NCBI RefSeq assembly: GCF_006345805.1
Contig: NC_043005.1
Span: 24,304,001 to 24,368,000, forward strand
DNA from: Octopus sinensis
Taxonomy: Eukaryota
DNA: 64,000 nucleotides
Reading direction: 5' to 3'
Position 1 is the first letter of the stretch. Each line of letters starts with the position of its first letter. Position numbers and translations under genes: made by a program. Below, piece after piece: positions 26,083-37,439 of this stretch. Below the pieces are notes generated by a model. It saw nothing but the letters and a program-made list of their open reading frames with translations. It was not told the origin of the DNA and searched no databases.

Positions 26083-26290
26083 TTTCAAATTTTGGCACAA
26101 AGCCAGCAATTTTGGGGAGGGAGTAAGTTTATTACATTGACCCTAACGCTCAACTGGTTCTTTGTTAATCGATCCCGAAAGGATGAAAGGTAAAGTCGGC
26201 ATCTGCAGAATTTTAACACACAACGTGGAGACGGACGGAGTGGAGCAAAGCATTTTTCCCGGTGTGCTAACGATTCTGCCAGCTCGCCGC
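26083..26290 (-). mobile_element. SINE family B
   Basis: Full head ggcgagctggcagaatcgttagcac and Meta-like core ctttcatcctttcgggatcga. Confidence 0.85.
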
Positions 26291-26305
26291 ATTCTTCTTT
26301 GTTAA

Positions 26306-27500
26306 TACAAGGTGATATCACAAGATTCCAAGACTAATTTTGTTGTGCGCCAACAGATGGCATCACACGGTTGCGTGCGCAATGATAGCTAGCAGTCAGC
26401 TTCATGAGACATCGCTGTATGTGAAATTTGTGTTGTAGTGATGACGTCTATTCTGTAGTCTGTGATTTTGTCATGGACAGTTAGTTGGAACAAAGAGCCA
26501 ACGAACGTGAAACGAAATTTTGGCATTAAACCGAAAGCCTGCTACAGAGACATATTCAGCAAGCTTACGGCGAGATGGGCAATGGATCCTGCGCAATGCT
26601 TCGAGTGGCACGGACGCTTTAAAAGCGGATGGACGTGCATAGAAGACGATGAGCGATCTTGAAGCCATGCCACGAGCGTCAACCCCGGAAATGTAGAGAA
26701 ATTTCATCAGCTTGTGCATGAGGATCGGAGGAGGACAATCAATGACATTTCCGATGTTATTAGTCTGTCGTATAGGTCCGTGCAAATAATCCTAACGTCT
26801 GAATTGAACATGCGGCCTGTCTCTGCCAAGTTTATCACCCGCCCGCTGGCCACTGAGCAGAAAGAACATCACGCCGAAGTCTGTCAAGATCTCCACTAGC
26901 GTGGCGCTGATGACCCATCTTTCATGTTGGAGATCATCACCGGTGACGCGAGTTGGATCAACGCAGCAGCGGTCGTCATAATGGGAGAGGCCTTAGTCTC
27001 CACGACCGAAGAAGTTACGACATATCCGCAGCTCAATCAAGAACATGCTCATCTATTTTCTACATCTGCGGTATTGTGCATCGAGAATTCTACCCCCCAG
27101 GGCCAGACCGTCAATGGAAAGTTCTACTGCGACGTTTGGAAGCGACTGAAGGAGGATATTCGGCGAAAGTGACCGGATCTGTGGAGCTCGAAGAATTGGA
27201 TTCTCACGACCACCATGCACCCTGTCATCGACCTCTCCTCACTCGTGAGTTTTACACCAAAACTGACATACTCTCGCTTCCGCAGCCACCCTGATCGCCA
27301 GATTTAGCAGCTGCAGACTTCCATCTCTTCCCCAAGATGAAAAAGCAGATCAAAGGTCTTCAGCATTTTAACACTTTCGTCGAAAGTCAGAGCCAATCGC
27401 AGAAGGTCCTCGACTCGCTTACGAGAAACGAATTCCAGGCGGGATTCCAAAAGTGGCACGAACGCTAGGACCGGTTTACAGCTGCGCAAGGTGAGTTTTG
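26306..27500 (+). mobile_element. Mariner transposase pseudogene, near full length
   Basis: LEQRANVK..CFEWHGRFKSG..EDDERS..EDRRRTI..LNMRPVSAKF..IITGDASW..GIVHREF.P.GQTVN..Y..HAPCH..P*SPDLAAADFHLFPKMK; frameshifts and stops. Confidence 0.9.
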
Positions 27501-28250
27501 TGAAATTTACTCAGTAAAATATTTAGCTATAGAGATCGAAATATAAGTTGTCGACTCTAGTGTATATGTATGCTTTAAATAATCGACCAAATGCTAAATA
27601 AACCTCTAACATTTATCAGAGGCAATTTATTAATAGGAGTGAGTAAAAATGAATGCCAAATTATGCGTGAAGTTATAAAAGGAAACGAAATATATGTTTC
27701 GCTACAAACAGTGTTTTCGCTGTAAGCAACATTTGCAACAATTAATATGTCCTGTTAATTTATAAATTTCTCTGGATTACTTGAGATTACTTTGGTCCAA
27801 AGGCAGTTAGCAAAATGACAGGAAAATGACAGGAAAACGTCAGTGGTGATAATTGCACATGATGCTTGAGCTGTAAATCCTACATTTTCCTGAAAAATGA
27901 TTGTAAGCATTCCATTAATATTTATGTATACATATGCACTCATAAACACTTACACACACACACACACACACACACGCGCGCATACACAGATACGTGTACG
28001 CACACGCAAACGCATTTTCAGCTGGTACTATGTATTTTTATATCCTTGTGATGGATATATAATGTAACGAAGCAGCAGGGAAAGAAAGTATTTACACGAT
28101 ACATTACGATCACTATTACACGAGACCCAAACCCACAATCAGCAGTGACCTGCTTACCAATTCTTTGCTCACTGACAGATCTTTATTTTATAGCAATGTG
28201 CCAGTTCACATTTAGTCACTTGGGGGCGGTTGGAATCCTTCCACAGCAGT

Positions 28251-28480
28251 ATTTATTTCTTTATTGCCCACAAGGGGCTAAACATAGAGGATACAAACAA
28301 GGACAGACAAAGGGATTAAGTCGATTACATCGACCCCAGTGCATAACTGGTACTTATTTAATCGACCCCAAAAGGATGAAAGACAAAGTCGACCTCGGCG
28401 GAAATTGGACTCAGAACGTAACGGCAGACGAAATGCCGCTAAGCGTTTCTCCCGGTGTGCTAAAGTTCCTGCCATCTCGC
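28251..28480 (-). mobile_element. SINE family B
   Basis: Near-identical to 24327-24557. Confidence 0.85.
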
Positions 28481-28716
28481 AGTATTGTGCATGTATCTAT
28501 ATGTACATACACACACGCATACATACATACATACATACACACATGCATAATACACAATTACGTATATATAAATATATAAGGATATTATTATTAATAGTTT
28601 ACAATAATATCAATGGCTAGCATGCCTAAAAAACCATTAAGACAAAATTATTAATTAATAATGAAGGTGTAGTGGAAATATATAGTCAGTACAAAGTGTT
28701 GATGCGGCTGCGTGTA

Positions 28717-29077
28717 TGTTATTACAATAGTTCATAAAAAAATGAAGAATAAATTTAAGACTTATATATTTAATATATAGAAATATATTTTCTTTTTCTG
28801 GTCGATGATGATACATAGAATAAGAATGTAGAATCTAGTTGAATGACGTAATCTATGCAAGAAATTGCAGAGATAGAAAATGTAGAAATGACAGCTAAGT
28901 GGTGGTTTTCAGTCATGTTGCGTAGAGAAATAGCCGGACATAGCAATGACGTGGATGACTCTAAGTCTAATCGACTAAGAAGCGAAGAGCAGGGCTAGCA
29001 AGCTGCTTTTATTAATGGAATGCTAGATATTCTAGAAACTCCCAGATGCTTCGAGAAACTTAGAGAAGGGAAGTTAC
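28717..29077 (-). mobile_element. Possible solo LTR
   Basis: TG..CA ends (minus tgtaac..taaca), ctagaa repeats followed by TATA-like ataaaagcag; TSD not confirmed. Confidence 0.35.
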
Positions 29078-29135
29078 ACTATAATCTTTCTTGCAAGGGA
29101 GATCATTCAACTATTTAGGTACGTAGGCCATTACA

Positions 29136-29429
29136 AAGGGTATTACTTCTAGCATCATCATGCTAAAAATAGCCCGCTTCGGACATGATTTTGGGCCTGG
29201 GTCAGTATTACTCACTGACGAGAACAAAGTGATCATTCACAAAGTTCAAAATCATTCTGATATGGGTATTTGCAATTCTGATATTTGCAATTCTTTTCTT
29301 CTATAATAAGAGATCTTAAAATTTTACTGCTCGTTCTCTCGATTTTGCCCCTCTGTACAAGTGAAAACTGTGGTTTTGAGCCGTTTTGACTGTTAGTTTT
29401 AGCATGCTGGTGCTACAAATAGTACCCTT
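29136..29429. mobile_element. MITE with ~33-bp terminal inverted repeats
   Basis: aagggtattacttctagcatcatcatgctaaaa vs reverse complement aagggtactatttgtagcaccagcatgctaaaa. Confidence 0.75.
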
Positions 29430-29482
29430 CATTTCATATATATATCTGTAAATATAATATGTGTCAATTATTCGGTAGCCAA

Positions 29483-29543
29483 GATAAAACTCTCAGTTTC
29501 GGATGCCGAGGTAGAAATCCACACCACCAACTTTTCAGTTATC
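29483..29543 (-). ncRNA. Decayed hammerhead motif at the end of a Penelope-like 3' region (29450-30400)
   Basis: gataa CTGAAAA ..(stem II).. GAAA ctgagag TT ttatc; stem I gataa/ttatc; G8 mutated. Confidence 0.5.
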
Positions 29544-30453
29544 CGGCCATCGGAAAAACGCTTTGAAAAAAGACTGTTATACAAAGGAAAATTACTTTGT
29601 TATTGACCGCTATTTATACTAAAGCGCTATTCGAATGACCGCTAATTAAGGTAAGGCGTAAGCGCGTCTACTCATACGTATACATGTGCGCTCGCACACT
29701 CACGTGCGTCCGCATACATTACTAGAAAAACGTACACATCTTCACTCGCCTCTTTCGCCAAATGCATATGCATATACATACAAACCCACACACACGCACG
29801 TAAAAGTTCATACGCACAAGCACGAAAAAACAGGGTTAAGGGTAACAATATAGAAAAAAAGCATAAGGAAGTGTACAAAGAGTAAACCTCGTTCATATCC
29901 GGACATACTCTTATGCACGCACACACAAACACACGCCCATATATGTACGTACCCGCACACGTCTATATACGCATACACATACACGCACGCACAAAAAGGA
30001 TTATACATACGTCTAAAAAAAAAGAAAAATTGTGTAAAAACATTGAGTAATACCAACTATATATATGTACCCGTATGCCCGGACACGCACATACACATCC
30101 TATATACATGTATAACCGCACACACGTACACATCCACACGCGCGTACAAATGATTCTATATACACGTCTATATAGGCACATGGAAAAATGCAGGGTGGAA
30201 GGTAGTGTACAGAAAAAATAATCTATAAACCAAATTATCTATAACATATATATATATATATATGAAAAAATTAAAGTATAAGGTATAATGAGATAAAAAT
30301 TTGTGCGTGGACATAATATAGAAAGCAAGTTCTATCTGTAATCTTGCGGGGACCGAAAACGTAACAAAAATTTGGTCACATTTCTATTATATGTAATTTT
30401 GTAGATGGTGTAATTTAATTGTTCATTTTGAATTGATAAAAGGTGTTTTTTTC

Positions 30454-30489
<36 letters not shown>

Positions 30490-31250
30490 ATTAGAAAAAA
30501 ACACCTTTTATATATATATATATATATATGGAAATGAGACCGATAGATTAAGTAACAGGTTCAAAAATATGTCCTGCGGGCAATTTGATCGACTAAGTCT
30601 TTCAATGCTGTACCCTTGCATGGCTGCCGTGCAATGGCTTAAAGGAGCAAAAGGTAAAAGTCAAATAATAAAAATATATGTGTGTATACATACATACGTA
30701 CATACACACATATATACATACACATGTACACATACATACATACACACATGCACACATGCACACATACATACATGCATATATTCATACATACGTATGTACA
30801 CGCATATCGAGAAGCCACCAGTGTAATAAGAAAATAAGTAGAGTATAATATCATTCGAAATAGAGGAGCAAATTTGCGAAAGAACGATGGCACGTATCGA
30901 ATAAATCGCTGTCGAGAAAATCAAATTTCTAAATGCGAGTTCCATGCCTGTGTCAATTAACATGCGTGTGTGTGTGCGTGTGTATGTGTGTGTGTATGTG
31001 TGTGTGTGTATATATATATATGTATGTGCATAGGTATATATGTAAGAAAATATATACATACACACATACACACTTATATAAATATACATATTATATTCAA
31101 ATATATGTATATAGATGTATATATATATGTATATATATATATATATGTATTATATTCATATATATATGTATATAGATGCATATATATATATATATATATA
31201 CATATTATATTCATATATATGTGTATGTATGTATATACACACACATAAAT

Positions 31251-31286
<36 letters not shown>

Positions 31287-32659
31287 TCATATATATATAC
31301 ATATATGTGCGTGCATATGTGTGTGTGTGGGCGTGTGTGTGTGTTTGTGTGTGCATTGTAGGCAGAAAACGTCTGAAAACTTTAGTTACTTCGAGTTTCA
31401 TTTCGTAATATACATTTATATATTATTCATATATCTATCGAAAATGTCTAACAAAAGTGAGAGACTGAGACATAGATTGAGTGAGTGAGTGAGCGAGTGA
31501 GTGAGTGAGTGAGTGAGTGAGTAAAACTGGTTTCTAATGTTTGTGAAAAATTGTTTTCTTAAGTTTATGTGATGAGTGTATGTTAGTATGAATATATGTC
31601 GGAATGTGTGTGTCAGTCTTTGTAGATATGAGAACGTGTATATGTGTACGTCTGTGTATGTGAGCTTGTGAACTCATGAGTAAATATGTATGCGTGTATC
31701 TGCTTGTATATGTATATTCTTGTATGTGTATGTGTGCGTGTAAACTTGTATAGTGATATGTGCAAATGTGTGTATATCTAAATATGGATATATTTATATG
31801 TTAATGTCGATGTGTTTTGTTATATATGTAGATAACTAGATATATGTGTGAGTGTGTGTGTGTGGGGGGGGCGTTGGTTCGTGTGTTTGTATGGTTATAA
31901 GTGAGAATGTGGGTATGTGGTCAACTGTTTGATCCATTTATCGAACTGAAGTCGATCATAAATCAGAAAACAAATGTCAAAGTTGAAATAATAATTTTCC
32001 CTTTGTTTCGTAGCTATGTTTTCATGAGGCCATACAGACTGGGTTTTATAGCCGTGAAGTGTCAATATCTCTTCTGCTTCCATTTAAATGATCTTCAACG
32101 GTGATTGAGTGACTACAACGGTTGAGAGGCGGAGTAAATGTTTTGTGGTAGTTAGTAACGTTCCTCGTTTATGTTCCAAATTTGACGTTTTGCTCTATTT
32201 TCTTTCAATGTTGATAAAGTTAAAACGTGCTTCGGACCGATTTCAATCTCCTATACATGTATATTGCACAAAACCTCACATTGTTCGAGAAGAAATCTTT
32301 TTATCAACATGTGAATATCTACATTTTTGCACGTCTATTGAACGTATATCTTGCATATATGTGTGTCTGTGTGCGTGTGTGTATGTTTGTGTTTGCGTAT
32401 ACACATCAGACATATATATAAACACCACACACACACACACATACGATATATATGTATGAATTGGTGTCTGTCCTACGTGTATGGTTTCTTACATACCACA
32501 TACAACAAAAGCCTAATGCTCTAAGTCTCTCAAGTGGTTTATACATAATTTTGCTAAAGCCGTTCAATGCACCACTTTGCATACACACGTACGAAAGTAC
32601 TTTCATTCATTTAAAATGATTGCACCATATAGTTTATTCCTGTACTTAACCATTAAATC

Positions 32660-33180
32660 TGTCCCTCTATTTCGGGGTTTACTTAATATTTAAAATTACT
32701 CCAAAAAATAGGTACCCTCTCTGAACTGTCGAACTATTGCCCTGTTATGCCCACTTCTGACATCTCCAAGAAAATGGAAACAGCCATTTACAACGACATC
32801 TTCCAACAATTTGAAACTTTCTGTCTCTCCTTTATGGCCACGGAAGGCAGATACAATGAAAGCTGATACAATTGTGACTGTTCTACTTTGCCACTCACCA
32901 ATAGGCCCTTGCACTGAGAAATTTGGTGAAATCTATGTTGTCCTTTTCGCCAGCAACCTTTCAATTGTGTTTGGTATGCGAATTCTTTTCCGGAAAATTC
33001 CTGGATCTCGACTTCACCCATTTCTCATCTTTTAAATCGATAGCTTCCTGACTTATGTCACTTCTGCCACCTATTGACAGAGCTCTTTCTCTTCTCCGTT
33101 CTATTAACTCTGGCATATCCTAGGGCTTACTTTTGTCGTCCTCGCTATCAGGTATATTCAAATAACCAAGCACTTTCGAG
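32660..33180 (-). mobile_element. Degenerate LINE AP-endonuclease-like fragment
   Basis: LLEDVVVNGCFHFLGDVRS resembles the ..LGDFN motif; frameshifted. Confidence 0.35.
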
Positions 33181-33344
33181 ATTCAGTACTCATCCAGCCA
33201 TCCTTTTAGCACACCTAAGCCTGCCTCCCACATGTTAGAGCTACATGCGTTCTGTCGTAACATGCAACGAGTGATATTTTGACCGGGCAAAGCTCAATCA
33301 TTTTCCATGTGTGAACACAGAAAATTTCATCCAGTAGGATAGAA

Positions 33345-33510
33345 AGACTAAGAAAGAGATATTTCAATCCTATTACATGACTGTTAGAATATTTATCAAC
33401 TCCAAAACTATGAAATACAAAGGTGACATCGGCGGGATTTAAACTCGATGCAGAGAAAACCAGAACGAATACTGTAAAGCGTTCTCTCTTATGCTTTATC
33501 GCTTCCGCCA
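33345..33510 (-). mobile_element. SINE family B, degenerate
   Basis: tttatcaactccaaaactatgaaatacaaaggtgacatcggcgggattt core. Confidence 0.55.
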
Positions 33511-34189
33511 ATCGACTGTTTAATTCACTCACTAGCAGCCATCCATTATCAATTTTGAGATTCAAACCTCAGTTACAGACTTCACAGAATGCACCAATAA
33601 TTAATTTCTATAAATTGAAAAAAGTTCTATAATTAAGTCACTTGTTTTGATCCTCAAGCATATCTTCTCAGTCTAAAGGCATTTAGCTCACACCCAACGA
33701 CAGACACAAAGACATACACGCACGAGTATGCGTGCGTACACAGAATAAGAAACAATCATGCACAAACACCGCCATTTTGACAGGACTTTTCAGTTCATAT
33801 TTGAAATAATGACAAAATATTTGATTCCGTTTTCTGTTTAGATTCCTCTTCGCCGCATCACAGCTTGCTGCATGCATGCACCACCACCTACCACACACGC
33901 ATACGTACATACGCACGTACACACACGCGCGTGTGCGCATACATTTATGTACACATATTCACATGAACGCTGTTGGTACCATTGGAAGAATATTTTAAAC
34001 TTGATTCTAAAGAATGTCGTTTAGAATTTGATTCCATTTTACCACATAGTTCGCGTTATCAATGAACACAAAGACTTACGTACACACAACCACGCACATA
34101 CACCCAAACGCTGTACACTCATTTATAAATTTAACGAAAGATTATTTTACATATTCGTGTACACTCAAGTGTAGAAAGATCTTCGTTGC

Positions 34190-34885
34190 AGGAATGATAT
34201 CATCGGACCGCAGTACCCGTGTCTTTACCACTCATTTTCCACGGACACCAAATCTGTTGTTTAACCTACTAAGACTGGCTGTTCTTTTATCTAAACAGCA
34301 AATAATAAATTTGCTCAGGTGTGCAAAACTTTGTCAAACAGAAGTTAATTAATTAGAAGCATATTACTCAATGATGATTAAAATATAGGTATGTACATTT
34401 GTTTTCAACATATTGAAAGTGCATTGAAACGTGAAAAGCCGTTCGCTGCGGAAACTGTTTCGGAGAAAAAATACTCGTCATAGATAAAGTGTGTGAAAAA
34501 TACACGACGGTCTATAAAAGACGTTAATGTACCTCTAATTAAGTTCAGCTTAACAAAGTTTTGCACACATCAGTGAATGCATTATTTGTTATTTAAATAC
34601 AAGAACGGCAGTTCATAATGGACTATGAACAACGGATTCGGTGTCAGTAATTGATGAGCATAATGATGCAGAAACATGTATTCTGCATACCGATGATATC
34701 GTTTATAGCCCAGCAATGTGTTTTTCGCACAGCGTGACTATAAGGAGAATTTCTCTACATAGATAGTTTCTGCGGCGAAAGCCATTCCACATGTTAGTGA
34801 GCACGAAGCATAGTGCTAATAATAAATGTATACACGTATATTTTAATTGTCAGTGCTGAGTATACTTCTAATTAATTAATTTCAG
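34190..34885. repeat. Old inverted/tandem repeat block
   Basis: gatatcatcgg/ccgatgatatc, tgtgcaaaactttgt/acaaagttttgcaca, ttcgctgcggaaact/agtttctgcggcgaa and ttaattaattagaag/cttctaattaattaa pair in inverted orientation. Confidence 0.75.
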
Positions 34886-35418
34886 CTTTCATTCTTCCGT
34901 GTTCGATAAAATAAGTACCAGTCAAGTACTGGAACTGACCAATCACATCGACCCTATCCTTGAAACGAAATCTTGTGTCTAAGATAAGATTATTTTATCT
35001 AGCTGACTCTCGATATTTATCTTTCCTAAGACAGATATCTATTCCTCTACCACCACTGAAGAATATAGCAATCATATCTTCAATACCTCATTTAAAGGGG
35101 ATGTGATTATTGTTTCCGACGTTTCGAGCTATCTATCGCTACCTGGGCGACACAAATAAGTCTTTTCACGTAGTCGCATGAACACATACTACACTTAATT
35201 GCAAATGTCCATCAACTCGTAACCCACCGTCTGAGAAAGAGAGGCGTGGAATAACGTGTCCCAAACCAAATGCATATAGAGAAATGAAGATCGGATTGTC
35301 CCGGCTGGAATACTTATTGTGACAGTTCTGCTGGATTAGGATTGATTTGGAGCTAAACAACAGCAAAAAATATTTGTTAGTGGATTTGGTAGACGGAAAC
35401 TGAAAGATAAACGTCGTG

Positions 35419-35449
<31 letters not shown>

Positions 35450-35452
<3 letters not shown>

Positions 35453-35790
35453 ACTGTAGATCTTCAATAATATTTTTCTCAGTTAGGTTGATGTTCATTA
35501 AGCTCTCTTTGGAAGTAATTTTATAATCCTTAGTAATTTGTTTTTTAATTAAAGAAAAATATCTTTCTGGTTTCAGATGACAAAGATATCGAGCTTTATC
35601 CGAATGAAAGAGAATTCCAGATTTAACTCTTTCAATAAAAGTTGCAATTTTTTAAGATAAGGGTTTCTTTTCGTAGGAAATCGTTAGAATTTAACGTTTT
35701 TAACTATATTCCAAAGTTCAGTATCAAAATCCGCCAAAAAATGGATTAAAAGGTGGAGTTTTTCTGGATTTAAAATTTATTTAATATGAT
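35450..35790 (-). mobile_element. Penelope-like ORF fragment (region N-terminal to RT)
   Basis: KSGILFHSDKARYLCHLKPERYFSLIKKQITKDYKITSKESLMNINLTEKNIIEDLQL resembles the ADKT..Y..Y..L...IT..YK..IN motif. Confidence 0.6.
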
Positions 35791-35811
35791 GAAGATCAGA
35801 TGAGGAATTAT

Positions 35812-36244
35812 GTACATTATTTACATTTGTTAGATATTCGTCTTCAACTTCTTTGTTGAATCGAACTCGGAATCTTGGGGTTAGTAGCCCGTGCTCTTAA
35901 CCACTGCGCCATATACTCGCGGACATTTAGTGAGTGAATTTTAGGACTTATAAATCTAATATTTTCCTATTCTTCCTTAATACCGGTTCCCATATGCTAT
36001 TCATATCTGCCCTTAGTCTGCTTAGGAGGTTGTTGTGTCCTAGCATATGCGCTGCTTCTTTTAGTTTTCGTATTTTCCAGTTGTGTTCTCTGTCAATTAT
36101 TTTAACTTCATCCCACAGGAATGCGAACCCAGGTTCGAAATTTCCCCAAGACGCCTGATGAAGGCTGGAAGGTATATCACCCGAAACGTTGAGTTAACAA
36201 CAAACAAGATGAGGACAAATATCTGTTAAATTTAAATAATGTAC
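35812..36244. mobile_element. Non-autonomous element: terminal inverted repeats, tRNA-like segment (minus) and hammerhead (plus)
   Basis: 35812-35858 is an inverted copy of 36198-36244; A/B boxes at 35901-35911 and 35858-35868 (minus); HHR at 36150-36195. Confidence 0.75.
36150..36195 (+). ncRNA. Minimal type I hammerhead motif, canonical core
   Basis: gacgc CTGATGA(36155-61) A ggctg gaaggtatat caccc GAAA(36183-86) CG TT gagtt; one mismatch in each of stems I and II. Confidence 0.75.
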
Positions 36245-36792
36245 TAAGATCAGTAATTAAAATAGCCATTACCATTATTCTTCTAATCGAAGTAGCATGC
36301 ACGGTGAATTAGTCTTATTAAGAAACATTTTCATATATTCTTTTTTTGGTTGGTAAACGTATATCTTTTAAAGATGTGTCGATAAAAATTTCTTTCATTT
36401 CAATAAAAATCCGACGGAAGCACTCCAAACCAGTAGAATAATAGAACAAAAATAGGACTAAAAAAAATCCTGCCAGAGATCACGTAACCACTCAGTATAA
36501 AGGAATAAAGTTAAATTTCCAGCAAATAGATACCAGTAAATGTGTGTAGAATGCAAATCCCAGGTAACTCTGCGTGTATGACAGATAGATACAGCAATCT
36601 TTATCAATCTTTATGCAGGATTTTAAGAAAGAGTTTTAATAACAATCAGTAATATGTCCAAAGAAAATCATATTCTTATTTCAGATCACTCCTTAGGAGT
36701 CCAACAATTGTTTCAAATGCATTAAGATATATACACATATATTTTCATCAGTTATTATAAAATAATGCTATTTCCGGTAGAAGGGTTTATTA

Positions 36793-36992
36793 TTGGAAGC
36801 ACTCCGTCGGTTACGGCGACGAGGGTTCCGGTTGATCCGAATCAACGGAACAGCTTGCTCGTGAAATTAACGTGTAAGTGGCTGACCATTCCACAGACAC
36901 GTGTACCCTTAATGTAGTTCTCGGGGATATTCAGCGTGACACAGAGAGCGACAAGGCCGGCCCCTTCAAATACATGTACAACAGAAACAGGC
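36793..36992 (-). mobile_element. SINE family C 3' part, fused to a family A copy
   Basis: Matches 22532-22715; abuts the family A body at 36993. Confidence 0.8.
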
Positions 36993-37384
36993 AGTAGCTT
37001 GCTAACCAACTACATGGTTCCGGGTTCAGTCCCACTGCGTGGCATCTTGGGCAAGTGTCTTCTGCTATGGTCCCGGGCCGACCAATGCCTTGTGGGTAGA
37101 TTTGGTAGACGGAAACTGAAAGAAGCCTGTCGTATATATGTATACATATATATATGTGTGTGTGTTTGTGTGTCTGTGTTTGTCCCCCTAGCATTGCTTG
37201 ACAACCGATGCTGGTGTGTTTACGTCCCCGTCACTTAGCGGTTCGGCAAAAGAGACCGATAGAATAAGTACTGAGCTTACAAAGAATAAGTCCAGGGGGT
37301 CGATATGCTCGACTAAAGGCGGTGCTCCAGCATTGCCGCAGTCAAATGACTGAAACAAGTAAAAGAATAAAAGAGTAAAAGAGT
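36993..37384 (+). mobile_element. SINE family A
   Basis: Close match to 46339-46757. Confidence 0.9.
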
Positions 37385-37439
37385 ATATATATATATGCAA
37401 ATTGAGATAGGGGTTGTAAATGCAACCCTCCATGGAATA

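Noticed and set aside
30438-30510. Small inverted repeat around (TA)n
   Set aside because: Likely a local fold-back repair event or assembly artefact at an AT palindrome; no further structure.
35858-35915. Functional tRNA gene
   Set aside because: No acceptor stem, imperfect anticodon stem, truncated after the T loop and embedded in a repeat. SINE heads elsewhere were rejected likewise.
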